A DNA stretch of 64,000 bases from positions 192,001 through 256,000 of the forward strand of contig CBDCRW010000007.1 of assembly GCA_965221125.1 (NCBI GenBank), in the 5' to 3' direction. The stretch comes from Alphaproteobacteria bacterium (GTDB lineage: Bacteria; Pseudomonadota; Alphaproteobacteria; UBA828). Of this stretch, positions 19,987 to 29,605 are shown piece by piece. Numbering within the stretch: the first letter of the stretch is position 1; each line of letters starts with the position of its first letter. The notes below the pieces were generated by a model. It was not told the origin of the DNA. It did not search any database and saw only the letters and a list, made by a program, of their open reading frames with translations. Made by a program: the position numbers and the translations under genes.

Positions 19987-20807
19987 CACTCTTTCGACCC
20001 ACCCTACTGGCGCTCTCGATTATCGCGCTTTGCGCGACGTTCACGGTGTTTTCGGGAGCGGGAACAGCGGCGAATGCCGACGACTCGAGCCCCGAAGCAC
20101 GCGGGCTGCAGATTGCGGAAGACGCCCGCGCGCGCGCCGAAGGCTTCGGCAACTTCACGGCGAGCCAGACCATGGTCCTGCGCAACAAGCAGGGGCAGGA
20201 AAGCCGGCGCCAGCTCCGCTTCAAGGTTCTCGAAGTCGAAGACGACGGCGACAAGAGCATCTTCGTCTTCGACGAGCCGCGCGACGTCAAGGGGACGGCG
20301 CTGCTCATCCACGCCCACCGGCAGGGCGACGACGAGCAATGGCTCTATCTGCCGGCCCTGAAGCGGGTGAAGCGCATCAGTTCCGCGAACCGCTCCGGCT
20401 CCTTCATGGGCAGCGAGTTCGCCTACGAGGACCTGAGCACCCAGGAAGTGGAGAAGTACACGCACCGATACCTGCACGACGAGCCGTGCGGCGACCTCAC
20501 CTGCACGGTTTCGGAACGCGTGCCGGTGGAGAAGGGATCGGGCTACAGCCGCCAGCTGGTGTGGCACGACCAGGACGAGCTTCGCGTCTGGAAGGTGGAA
20601 TACTACGACCGCAAGAGCGCGCACCTGAAGACGTTGACGCTCAGCAATTACGAGCGCTATCTGGATCGCTTCTGGCAGGCTGGCGAGATGGTGATGGTGA
20701 ACCACGTTACGGGCAAGAGCACCGACCTGAGCTGGTCGGACTTCGAGTTCGGAACCGACCTCGACGACCGTGACTTCACCCGGACCGGCCTCAAGCGCGT
20801 GCGCTGA
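19983..20807 (+). CDS. Outer membrane lipoprotein-sorting (LolA-like) periplasmic protein
   Basis: Signal peptide; FDEPRDVKGTALL, QWLYLPALKRVKRI, FMGSEFAYEDL; ATGA overlap. Confidence 0.88.
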   Translation: MTLFRPTLLALSIIALCATFTVFSGAGTAANADDSSPEARGLQIAEDARARAEGFGNFTASQTMVLRNKQGQESRRQLRFKVLEVEDDGDKSIFVFDEPRDVKGTALLIHAHRQGDDEQWLYLPALKRVKRISSANRSGSFMGSEFAYEDLSTQEVEKYTHRYLHDEPCGDLTCTVSERVPVEKGSGYSRQLVWHDQDELRVWKVEYYDRKSAHLKTLTLSNYERYLDRFWQAGEMVMVNHVTGKSTDLSWSDFEFGTDLDDRDFTRTGLKRVR

Positions 20808-22072
20808 TGACCCTTGGCGTCGGCCTGCGCCGCGCCGCGCTCGGCGCTGCTTGCCTTCTGGCCGCGGCCCTTACCGCGGAGCCGGGCGCGGCGGACTGGA
20901 TCGACTACTACGAGTTCTCCGGCCGCGTGAGCGTGGACGGCCGATGGTATCCGCAGTCCGCCGCCTACCCGGATCAGCGCTCCCACGCGAGCGGCTTCTC
21001 CGTCGCGCCCAGGCTCTACCTGGAGGATGAAGAGGGCCGCAGCGTCACCCTGGAGGGCTTCTATCGCCTGGACGGCGGCGATCCGCACCGCACCCACGCC
21101 GATCTGCGCGAAGCCTATCTGCTGCTGTTCGGCGAACTCGGCGATGACGAGTGGGAGTTGCGTCTCGGCGTCGACCGCGTCTTCTGGGGTGTCGCGGAAT
21201 CGCGCCACCTGGTCGACATCATCAACCAGACGGACCTCATCGAGCACCCGAACGAAGAGGCCAAGCTGGGCCAGCCGATGGCCCATCTCACGCTGTCGGG
21301 CGAGTGGGGCGTGGCGGAGGTGTTCGCGCTCCCCTACCACCGCTTGCGCACCTATCCGGGCCGCCGCGGCCGGCTGCGCACGGGTCTCGTCGTGGACAAC
21401 GACCGCGCGACCTACGAAAGCGGCGCCGAGGAATGGCACCTGGACCTCGCCGCCCGCTACAGCCACAGCCTGGGCCCCTTCGACTTCGGCATCAGCGTCT
21501 TCGACGGCACCAGCCGCGAGCCCACGCTGCAGCTCGGCCTCGACCGCAATTCGGCGCCGATCCTGGTCCCCCACTACGAGCAGATCCGCCAGTTCGGCCT
21601 GGATGCGCAGATGACCGCCGGCGCCTGGCTGCTGAAACTCGAGGCCATCCGGCGCACCGGCGCGCGCAATGCCGCCCTGCCCGTCAGCATGGAAGAGGAC
21701 TACACGGCCTTCGTCGCCGGCGGCGAGTACACGCTCTACTCCGTGTTCGACTCAGGCATCGATCTCGGCCTGCTTGGCGAATGGAACCGCGACGGGCGGC
21801 GCGAGCGCGCGACCAACGTCTTTCAGAACGACCTCTTTCTCGGCGCTCGGCTTGCGTTCAACGACGTGGAGAGCACCGACCTCATCGTCGGCGTGCTTCA
21901 TGACGCGGACTTCGGCACCCGCTCCTTCAACGCGGAATTCAACAGGCGCCTCTCGGACGAATGGTCGCTTCATCTCGAAGCGGTCGTCTTCAGCGGTGTC
22001 GATGGGATGGATCTCGCCTACAGCACCCGGCGCGACAGCTTCGTCGAGTTGAACCTGACCTACAACTTCTAG
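20807..22072 (+). CDS. Putative outer membrane beta-barrel protein
   Basis: Signal peptide, amphipathic strands, LREAY, FWGVAES, terminal LNLTYNF beta-signal; translationally coupled. Confidence 0.8.
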   Translation: MTLGVGLRRAALGAACLLAAALTAEPGAADWIDYYEFSGRVSVDGRWYPQSAAYPDQRSHASGFSVAPRLYLEDEEGRSVTLEGFYRLDGGDPHRTHADLREAYLLLFGELGDDEWELRLGVDRVFWGVAESRHLVDIINQTDLIEHPNEEAKLGQPMAHLTLSGEWGVAEVFALPYHRLRTYPGRRGRLRTGLVVDNDRATYESGAEEWHLDLAARYSHSLGPFDFGISVFDGTSREPTLQLGLDRNSAPILVPHYEQIRQFGLDAQMTAGAWLLKLEAIRRTGARNAALPVSMEEDYTAFVAGGEYTLYSVFDSGIDLGLLGEWNRDGRRERATNVFQNDLFLGARLAFNDVESTDLIVGVLHDADFGTRSFNAEFNRRLSDEWSLHLEAVVFSGVDGMDLAYSTRRDSFVELNLTYNF

Positions 22073-22147
22073 AGCGATTTCCGACCATACGAGATAACTG
22101 CGGCCCGGTAGGGCGGAGGGGGAACGCAAGCCGCGACGTTCTTTACT

Positions 22148-22186
22148 CCCTCTCCTCCCCACGGGGAGGAGAGGGCCGGGGTGAGG
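22148..22186. repeat. REP-like palindrome
   Basis: CCCTCTCCTCCCC-AC-GGGGAGGAGAGGG perfect 13-bp inverted repeat followed by CCGGGGTGAGG. Confidence 0.7.
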
Positions 22187-22267
22187 TGGGGGATTCCTTT
22201 CGGCCGTCCGGCAAGCAAAGACGCGAACGTGCGGTAATCGAATACGATTCAATCCGGTCGGATCGTG

Positions 22268-22561
22268 CTAGCGGCGCAACACGCCATGGAGAAGGGCGAA
22301 GCGGTATCCATACACGGCGCAGTCCATGAGGAACTCGAAACTGAGAAGTATCATCACGATCATGGAGCCGAGCGAACCTGCAACCAACAGTAATGCGGCC
22401 GTCGGCGGGCCAAGAATGACGACGAGCGCCCACGCCGCGTCGGGCAGGCGCGTTCCCCGAACCCAGGACCAGCCTACCGACAGCGGCAGTGTGGTGAGCC
22501 CCGCCACCCCGAGCCACAGCCACTCCATCATGACAAGGGCGACACCAAGCCGGTTCTTCAT
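22268..22561 (-). CDS. Small hypothetical membrane protein
   Basis: MKNRLGVALVMMEWLWLG... about three hydrophobic segments; start uncertain. Confidence 0.45.
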   Translation of the reverse strand: MKNRLGVALVMMEWLWLGVAGLTTLPLSVGWSWVRGTRLPDAAWALVVILGPPTAALLLVAGSLGSMIVMILLSFEFLMDCAVYGYRFALLHGVLRR

Positions 22562-23027
22562 GTTCCACGTGCCGTTGCCCGTGGCGGCCTCGTGCTCCCA
22601 GCCACCGGCAGGCCGCGGAGAGGAGTGGGAGTGCGAGGGCGAGGTCTGGCCGGTCATGCAGAATTCACCGCGCTGGAACGGAGCTCGGCGCTGCTCTGGC
22701 AGGCGAGCACCAGAAGGTGCGATTGCTGCCGAGGCGAGTTCATGGCCCGCCTCGCGATAATCTGCATTTCTCCTCCGACTGCCCATCAGCTTATCACAAC
22801 GCAACAGCAAGGCAATCTGGATCGCATGTTGCCGGATCGTGTGTAGGCCCGGAGGTCATGCGCGAGCAGTAGTCAAGCAACAGGCGACGGCAGGTGGGAC
22901 CAGCCTGCGTTGATCGTCACCTCTTGCTCCCTTGGCGTGGCCATGCCGATCTACGATGCCAACCGGAAAACCTCCTCGGTCAACTCAACACCTCACTGCA
23001 GCACACTCGCGAGAAATGCAGGCCGGG

Positions 23028-23126
23028 AAGCGCGCCGAGGAGGTCGGCTGGAAGCAGGCGGTCCAGGAACGCGACGCCGGCACCTACGACTGGCCCCGCA
23101 ACCGCCCGATCGAAGGCGAGGAGTGA
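23028..23126 (+). pseudogene. Orphan 3' fragment resembling a crotonase/enoyl-CoA hydratase C-terminus
   Basis: KRAEEVGWKQAVQERDAGTYDWPRNRPIEGEE-stop in host-like codon usage, no corresponding 5' part. Confidence 0.5.
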
Positions 23127-23160
23127 TATAGTCGGGCAGCACTCCCTGAAGGCCCGGACG

Positions 23161-23451
23161 ATGACTGTGCTGAAGAACCCTTCTCACCCCGGCGAGGTAC
23201 TTGCGGAGCTCTATCTCGGGCCCCTCGGCATGAGCGCGATCGCACTCGCGAAGCGCCTGCATGTGCCGCGCACGCGCATCGAGCGGCTGGTGAAGGGCGA
23301 AACCTCGCTCTCGGTGGACACCGCGATGCGGCTTTCCCGGTTCTTCGGCAACACGCCGGAGTTCTGGATGAACCTGCAGCGGGCCTACGACATCGCCCGT
23401 GCACGTGAGACGGTCGACCTCTCGAACATCGAGCCCCTGGCGGCCGCCTGA
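23161..23451 (+). CDS. higA: HigA family antitoxin (XRE HTH)
   Basis: HPGEVLAELYL, RIERLVKG, DTAMRLSRFFGNTPEFWMNLQRAYD. Confidence 0.9.
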   Translation: MTVLKNPSHPGEVLAELYLGPLGMSAIALAKRLHVPRTRIERLVKGETSLSVDTAMRLSRFFGNTPEFWMNLQRAYDIARARETVDLSNIEPLAAA

Positions 23452-23582
23452 GACCTCGTCCCGCCCGACACCCAAGCGCCCCTGCCATTGCCGCTCGGCC
23501 CGCGCTGACATAGGCTGGCGCCGCCCCGCTGCCGTCCCGACCATTGCGGCGGCTTGCCACCCCTCGACCAAGGAGACGCAGC

Positions 23583-24980
23583 ATGTCGCTCGATCAGGCC
23601 CAGAACATCTCGCTGGAGGAGCTCGACAAGCAGGTCCTGCTCCACCCGGTCACCTCGATCGCCGAGCATCAGGACGCAGGCCCCGTCATCTACGGCAGGA
23701 GCGGGGGCGTGAAGGTCTACGACCGCCAGGGCAACGGCTACATCGACGCCGCCGCGGCGCTCTGGTGCGTCAACATCGGCTACGGGCGGACGAGGCTCGC
23801 CGAGGTCGCGGCCGAGGAAATGTCGCGCATCGGCTTCTTCCACAGTTTTGGCGCCGCCTCCAACGAGCCGCAGATCAGGCTGGCCGAGAAGCTGCTCTCG
23901 CTGCTGCACGAGCACGCGGACTGCCACCACATCGGCAAGGTGTTCTTCGGCCTCTCCGGCTCGGACGGCAACGACACGCAGTTCAAGCTGGTGCGCTACT
24001 ACAACAACCTGCTGGGCCGGCCCGAGAAGAAGAAGATCATCTCCCGCATCGGCGCCTACCACGGCGTCACCAACGCGGCCGGCAGCCTCACCGGCATTCC
24101 GCTCTACCACAAGGCCTTCGACCTGCCCTTCGAGGGCGTGCTGCACACCGACTGCCCACATTACTGGCGCGAGGGCCAGGACGGCGAGAGCGAGGAGGCG
24201 TTCGCGGACCGCATGGTGGCCTCCCTCGAAGCGATGATCGAGCGCGAGGGGCCGGAGACGGTCGCGGCCTTTATCGCCGAGCCCGTGATGGGCACCGGCG
24301 GCGTGATCATTCCGGGCGGCGGCTACTACGACAAGGTGCAGGCGCTGCTGAAAAAGCACGACATCCTCTTCATCGCGGACGAGGTGATCTGCGGCTTCGG
24401 CCGGCTCGGCACCTGGTTCGGCGCGAGCTACTTCGACCTCAAGCCCGACATGATGACCTTCGCCAAGGGGCTCACCAGCGCCTACTTCCCGATGTCGGCG
24501 GTGGCAATCTCCGACGACGTCTGGCAGGTGCTGGCGGACGGCACGCCAGAGGTCGGCATGTTCGCCCACGGCTTCACCTATTCGGGCCACCCGGTGGGCG
24601 GCGCGGTCGGCCTCGCCAACCTTGAGATCATGGAGTCCGAGAACCTGGTCGCCAACGCGGCCGAGGTCGGCCCCTACTTCAAGCAGTGCCTGGTCGAGCG
24701 CCTGGGCGGTCACCCCAACGTCGGCGACATCCGGGGCGCGGGCCTCATGCTCGGCGTCGAGTATGCGGCCGAGCCGGGCAGCAAGGCGGCACCCGACATG
24801 ACCCCGCCGGCGCACCGGCGCGTCTCCGCCGCTTCGCAGGAGCGCGGGCTGCTGACGCGGGCGCTGCCCTTCCTGCCGGTCAACGCGTTCTCGCCGCCGC
24901 TCACGTTCACGCGGGCGGACGTGGACGAGACCGTCGCCATCTACGGCGAGGCCGTGGAAAGCGTCTTCGGCACGGGCTGA
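23583..24980 (+). CDS. Class III (omega-amino acid) PLP aminotransferase
   Basis: [47 protein letters not shown]; AAGGAG SD. Confidence 0.92.
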   Translation: MSLDQAQNISLEELDKQVLLHPVTSIAEHQDAGPVIYGRSGGVKVYDRQGNGYIDAAAALWCVNIGYGRTRLAEVAAEEMSRIGFFHSFGAASNEPQIRLAEKLLSLLHEHADCHHIGKVFFGLSGSDGNDTQFKLVRYYNNLLGRPEKKKIISRIGAYHGVTNAAGSLTGIPLYHKAFDLPFEGVLHTDCPHYWREGQDGESEEAFADRMVASLEAMIEREGPETVAAFIAEPVMGTGGVIIPGGGYYDKVQALLKKHDILFIADEVICGFGRLGTWFGASYFDLKPDMMTFAKGLTSAYFPMSAVAISDDVWQVLADGTPEVGMFAHGFTYSGHPVGGAVGLANLEIMESENLVANAAEVGPYFKQCLVERLGGHPNVGDIRGAGLMLGVEYAAEPGSKAAPDMTPPAHRRVSAASQERGLLTRALPFLPVNAFSPPLTFTRADVDETVAIYGEAVESVFGTG

Positions 24981-25005
24981 GCCCCCGCCGCCGGGGCGCT
25001 GCGCC

Positions 25006-27078
25006 GTGGGGCTTCGCATCTCCGTCGATACCGGCGGCACCTTCACCGATGTGGTGGCCGGCGGCGACGGGCGGGAGGTGGTCGGCAAGGCGCCGACCAC
25101 GCCTGACCGCATCTTCGTCGGCATGCGGGGCGCGCTGGAGAACGCGGCCGAGCAGCTTGGCCTCAGCCTGCCCGCTCTGCTGGGCGAGACCGACCTGCTC
25201 ATCTACGGGACGACGCGGGCCACCAACGCGATCGTGCAGGGCGCGGTGGCCAAGACGGCGTTCCTCGTCACGTCCGGCTTCCCCGACATCCTGGTGCTGA
25301 AGGAGGGCGGCAAGCACGGGGTCCACGACTTCGAGACCGACTACCCGGACCCCTACATCCCGCAGGCGCATACCTTCGAGATCGACGAGCGGATCGACGC
25401 CGAGGGCGGCGTGGTGACGCCGCTGGATCGCGAGCAGGCGCGCGCGGTTCTGCGGCTCGTGGGCGAGCGCGGCTTCGAGGCGGTCGCGGTCTGCCTGCTC
25501 TGGGCGGTCGCGAACCCCGCGCACGAGCAGGCGCTGGCCGCGCTGATCGAGGAGGCGCTTCCCGGCGTGCCCTACACTCTCTCGCACCGGCTGATCCCCA
25601 TCGTGCGCGAATACCGGCGCGCGTCCGCCACCGCCATCGACGCCTCGCTCAAGCCGATCATGCAGGCGCACCTGCGCGGCATGGAGGACGACCTGCGCGG
25701 GGCCGGTTGTGAGGGCGAGATCCTGGTGAGCACCTCGGTCGGCGGCTGCATGCACGTGGACGAGCTGGTCGCGCGGCCCATCCACACGGTCAAGTCCGGC
25801 CCCGCCATGGCGCCGGTGGCGGCGCTCACCTACTCGCAGATGGAGGGTTTCGGGGACGACGTGATCGTCTGCGACACCGGCGGCACCACCTTCGACGTGA
25901 GCCTCGCGCGCGACGGCGCGGTGAAGCAGACCCGCGAGACCTGGATCGGCGGCCAGTGGATCGGCCACATCCTCTCCATCTCTTCGGTGGACGTGCGCAG
26001 CATCGGCGCGGGCGGCGGCTCCATCGCCTGGATCGATCCAGGCGGCCTGCTTCGCGTCGGCCCGCGCAGCGCAGGCGCCGTGCCGGGGCCGGCCTGCTAC
26101 GGCGCGGGCGGCACAGAGCCCACGGTGACCGATGCGGCGCTGCTGCTGGGCTACCTCGACCCCGGCTACTTCCTCGGCGGCAGGCTCGCGCTGGATGAGG
26201 GCGCGGCGCGACAAGCGGTGGGCGCGCTGGCGGACCGGCTCGGCAAATCCCTCGACGACGGCGCCCACGCCATCATGAGCCTCGCCAACGAGCTGATGAT
26301 CAAGGCGATCCAGGACATCACGGTCACCGAGGGCTTCAACCCGCGCGAATGCACCCTCGTCGCCGGCGGCGGCGCGGCCGGCCTCGGCGCCATGGCGATC
26401 GCGGGCGAGCTCGGCTGCGAGCGCGTGATCCTGCCGCGCACCGCTTCTGTGCTCAGCGCCTGCGGGATGCAGGTCTCGGACGTGGTCCACGAACATTCCG
26501 CCAGCATGGTGACGCGCTCGGTCGGCTTCGATTTCGAGGGGGTGAACGCCGTGCTCGCGGCCATCGACGAGGAGCTGGAGCGCTTCGCCGCGACCCTCGG
26601 CGAGCGCGGGCTCCAGACCATGCGGATCGAGCGCTTCGTCGAGGCCCGCTATCTGTTCCAGGTGTGGGAGCTCGACGTGGCGCTCCCGGTCGAGCGCTTC
26701 GAGACCGAGCGCGACGTCGCCGCGCTGGTCGAGCGCTTCCACGCCACCCACGAGCAGGTCTTCGCCGTGCGCGATCCGGAGAGCATCCTCGAATGCCTCA
26801 ACTGGAAGGGGCGGCTCTCCGTCGGCCTCGACGAAGCGCCGCGGCCGGCCGCAGGCGAGGCTACCGCCGGTGTGCCGGAGCCCGACAGCCGCCGGCCCGC
26901 CTACTTCGGCGGCGGCGCGCGCATCGACACGCCGATCTACCTCGGCCGCAACCTCCGCCCCGGCGCCGTGATCGAGGGGCCCGCCATCGTCGAGGAGCCG
27001 ACCACCACCATCGTGGTCGACCCCGGCACGCGGACCCGCCTCAGCGCCGGCGGCAACTTCATCCTGGAGGCCTTCTGA
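25006..27078 (+). CDS. Hydantoinase A/oxoprolinase family ATP-dependent amidohydrolase subunit
   Basis: DTGGTFTD, SGPA, DTGGTTFD, SAGAVPGPACYG, GPAIVEEPTTT. Confidence 0.92.
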   Translation: MGLRISVDTGGTFTDVVAGGDGREVVGKAPTTPDRIFVGMRGALENAAEQLGLSLPALLGETDLLIYGTTRATNAIVQGAVAKTAFLVTSGFPDILVLKEGGKHGVHDFETDYPDPYIPQAHTFEIDERIDAEGGVVTPLDREQARAVLRLVGERGFEAVAVCLLWAVANPAHEQALAALIEEALPGVPYTLSHRLIPIVREYRRASATAIDASLKPIMQAHLRGMEDDLRGAGCEGEILVSTSVGGCMHVDELVARPIHTVKSGPAMAPVAALTYSQMEGFGDDVIVCDTGGTTFDVSLARDGAVKQTRETWIGGQWIGHILSISSVDVRSIGAGGGSIAWIDPGGLLRVGPRSAGAVPGPACYGAGGTEPTVTDAALLLGYLDPGYFLGGRLALDEGAARQAVGALADRLGKSLDDGAHAIMSLANELMIKAIQDITVTEGFNPRECTLVAGGGAAGLGAMAIAGELGCERVILPRTASVLSACGMQVSDVVHEHSASMVTRSVGFDFEGVNAVLAAIDEELERFAATLGERGLQTMRIERFVEARYLFQVWELDVALPVERFETERDVAALVERFHATHEQVFAVRDPESILECLNWKGRLSVGLDEAPRPAAGEATAGVPEPDSRRPAYFGGGARIDTPIYLGRNLRPGAVIEGPAIVEEPTTTIVVDPGTRTRLSAGGNFILEAF

Positions 27079-27079
27079 G

Positions 27080-28870
27080 ATGACACAGCCCGCGCAAGCG
27101 CCGGAGGCGCTGGACCCGGTCCTTCTCTCGGTCCTCTCCAACCGGCTCGACGGCATCGTGCGCGAGATGTCCAACACGCTGCTCAAGGCGGCGCGCTCGG
27201 CGGTGATCGCCGTGGCGCGGGATTTCTCCTGCGCCATCTGCACCGCCGACAACCAGCTTCTCGCGACCGCCGAGGGCCTCCCTGTCCACATCTTCGGCTC
27301 GCACCTGCAGACGCGGGCCATGACCGACCTGCACGGCGACCTCGCCGAGGGCGACGCCTTCCTCCACAACGACCCCTATCTCGGCAACACGCATCCGGCC
27401 GATCACGCGGTGCTGGTGCCTGTCTTCATCGACGGCGAGCACCTCTTCACCGCCTGCGCCAAGGGCCACCAGGCGGACATCGGCAACAGCATCCCCACCA
27501 CCTATCACGCCGCGGCGAAGGACGTGTACGAGGAAGGCTCGCTGATCTTCCCCTGCGTCCGCGTGCAGCGGGACTACGAGATGGTGGACGACGTGATCCG
27601 CATGTGCCGGCGCCGGATTCGCGTGCCGGAGCAGTGGTACGGCGACTTCCTGGCGGAGCTCGGCGCGGCCCGCATCGCCGAGCGGCGGCTGAAGGAGCTC
27701 TGCGCCAAGTACGGTACGGAGACCATCAAGACCTTCATGCGCGAGTGGTTCGACTATTCCGAGCGCCGCATGGTGCAGGCGATCCAGGCGCTGCCCGAGG
27801 CCGAGGTCGAAGCCGAGGGCGCGCACGACCCGTTCGAGCCCTTCCTGCCCGACGGCATCCCCATCAAGGTCGAGGTCCGCATCGACCCCGGCGCGGGCCG
27901 CATCACCATCGACCTCCGCGACAACATCGACTGCGTCGACTGCGGCCTCAACGAATCGGAGGCCTGCGCCATCAACAACGTGGTGGCCGGCCTCTTCAAC
28001 TGCCTGGGCCCCGAGATTCCGCACAACGGCGGCTCGTTCCGCCGCGTGGACGTGCTGCTGCGGGACGGCTGCGTCGTCGGCCGCCCGTCCTTCCCCCATT
28101 CGACCTCGATGGCGACCACCAACGTCGCCGACCGTCTGGTCAACATCACCCACTCGGCGATGGCGAAGCTCGGCGACGGCTTCGGCCTGGCCGAGGGCGG
28201 CAGCGCCATGTGCGCCGCCACCGCGGTGCTGAGCGGCGCGGATTTCCGGCGGGGCGGCGATCCCTACATCAACCAGCTCATGATGGTGGTGAACGGCGGC
28301 CCGGCCGGGCCAAAGGCTGACGGCTGGGTCACCTACGTGCTGCCCGTGGTCTCCGGCCTCATGTACCGGGACAGCATCGAGCTTGCCGAGGTGAAGCACC
28401 CGATGCTGTTCAGGACCGTGCGCCTCATGCCGGGCACCGGCGGCGCCGGGCGCCATCGTGGCGGGCCTGCCTGCGAGGTCGTCTACGGCCCCCGTGAGGA
28501 CCCGATGACGGTGGTGATCCCGTCGGACTGCCAGATCAACCCGGCGCGGGGCGCCCAGGGCGGCCACGACGGCACGCCCGCGGTGCAGTTCAAGGTGGGC
28601 GCCAACGGCGACGAGACCAGGCTGCCCAACGTCGTGCAGCTCGACCTGTTGCCGGGCGAGCTGATCCGCGGCTTCGACGCCGGCGGCGGCGGCTACGGCG
28701 ACCCGATGGAGCGGGACCCCGAGCGGGTGCGCATGGACGTGGCCCGCGGCTGGGAGACACGCGCCCGCGCCCGCGAGATCTACGGCGTCGTCCTCACCGG
28801 CGACCGCGAGACCGACACGCTGGCGGTGGATCGGGCGGCGACCGAGGAGGCCCGCGCGGCCGTTTCCTGA
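27080..28870 (+). CDS. Hydantoinase B/oxoprolinase family subunit
   Basis: RDFSCAI, NDPYLGNTHPAD, HQADIG, GAGRHRGG, GGGGYGDP. Confidence 0.92.
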   Translation: MTQPAQAPEALDPVLLSVLSNRLDGIVREMSNTLLKAARSAVIAVARDFSCAICTADNQLLATAEGLPVHIFGSHLQTRAMTDLHGDLAEGDAFLHNDPYLGNTHPADHAVLVPVFIDGEHLFTACAKGHQADIGNSIPTTYHAAAKDVYEEGSLIFPCVRVQRDYEMVDDVIRMCRRRIRVPEQWYGDFLAELGAARIAERRLKELCAKYGTETIKTFMREWFDYSERRMVQAIQALPEAEVEAEGAHDPFEPFLPDGIPIKVEVRIDPGAGRITIDLRDNIDCVDCGLNESEACAINNVVAGLFNCLGPEIPHNGGSFRRVDVLLRDGCVVGRPSFPHSTSMATTNVADRLVNITHSAMAKLGDGFGLAEGGSAMCAATAVLSGADFRRGGDPYINQLMMVVNGGPAGPKADGWVTYVLPVVSGLMYRDSIELAEVKHPMLFRTVRLMPGTGGAGRHRGGPACEVVYGPREDPMTVVIPSDCQINPARGAQGGHDGTPAVQFKVGANGDETRLPNVVQLDLLPGELIRGFDAGGGGYGDPMERDPERVRMDVARGWETRARAREIYGVVLTGDRETDTLAVDRAATEEARAAVS

Positions 28871-29037
28871 GGGCGTCGCGCCGGCCGCGGGCGCCCCGCT
28901 CTTACCGTCTTGCCCTCGCCAACGGCCCGTGCTAACCAAGGCGCCGCTCGCGGCCGGCCGCCGCGAGCATGTCGTGACTGTTGCTCGATTCCAGGTTCCC
29001 GCCGGCAATCCCGTCAGGCAATCCGAAGGGTCCAACC

Positions 29038-29592
29038 ATGGCAGAAGCCGCGCCGCCCTCTGACAGCTCGACCGAGCACGCGGGCACGCGACGCGACTTT
29101 CTGGTCTTGGCTGCAGGCGCCATGGGCGGCATGGCGGTGGTCGGCATCACCTGGCCTCTGATCGAGACCATGAACCCGTCGGCCGACGTGCTGGCGCTGG
29201 CATCCACCGAGGTCGATCTCTCCGCCATCGAGGAAGGCCAGACCATCGTCGTGAAGTGGCGGGGGCGGCCGGTCTTCGTGCGCTACCGCACGGCAGAGGA
29301 GATCGCCGCGGCGCAGGAGACCCCGCTCGGCGACCTCTCCGATCCGCAGCCGGATTCGGAGCGCGCGCCGCAGGCGCAGTGGTTGATCGTGGAGGGTGTC
29401 TGCACCCACCTCGGCTGCGTGCCGCTCGGCTCCAAGATCGGCGATCCGAGAGGCGAGTTCGGCGGCTGGTTCTGTCCGTGCCACGGCTCGCACTACGACA
29501 CGTCCGGCCGCATCCGCAAGGGCCCGGCGCCGGCCAACCTGCCGGTGCCCTCTTACGAGTTCCTCGACGACACGCTGGTTCGGATCGGGTAG
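29038..29592 (+). CDS. petA: Ubiquinol-cytochrome c reductase Rieske subunit
   Basis: Tat motif TRRDFL, CTHLGC, CPCHGS. Confidence 0.96.
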   Translation: MAEAAPPSDSSTEHAGTRRDFLVLAAGAMGGMAVVGITWPLIETMNPSADVLALASTEVDLSAIEEGQTIVVKWRGRPVFVRYRTAEEIAAAQETPLGDLSDPQPDSERAPQAQWLIVEGVCTHLGCVPLGSKIGDPRGEFGGWFCPCHGSHYDTSGRIRKGPAPANLPVPSYEFLDDTLVRIG

Positions 29593-29605
29593 GGGATAGC
29601 GCCGG

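Noticed and set aside
14655-23126. Prophage or integrative element interpretation of the lower-GC block
   Set aside because: No integrase, transposase, tRNA target or direct-repeat att pair is visible in the window.
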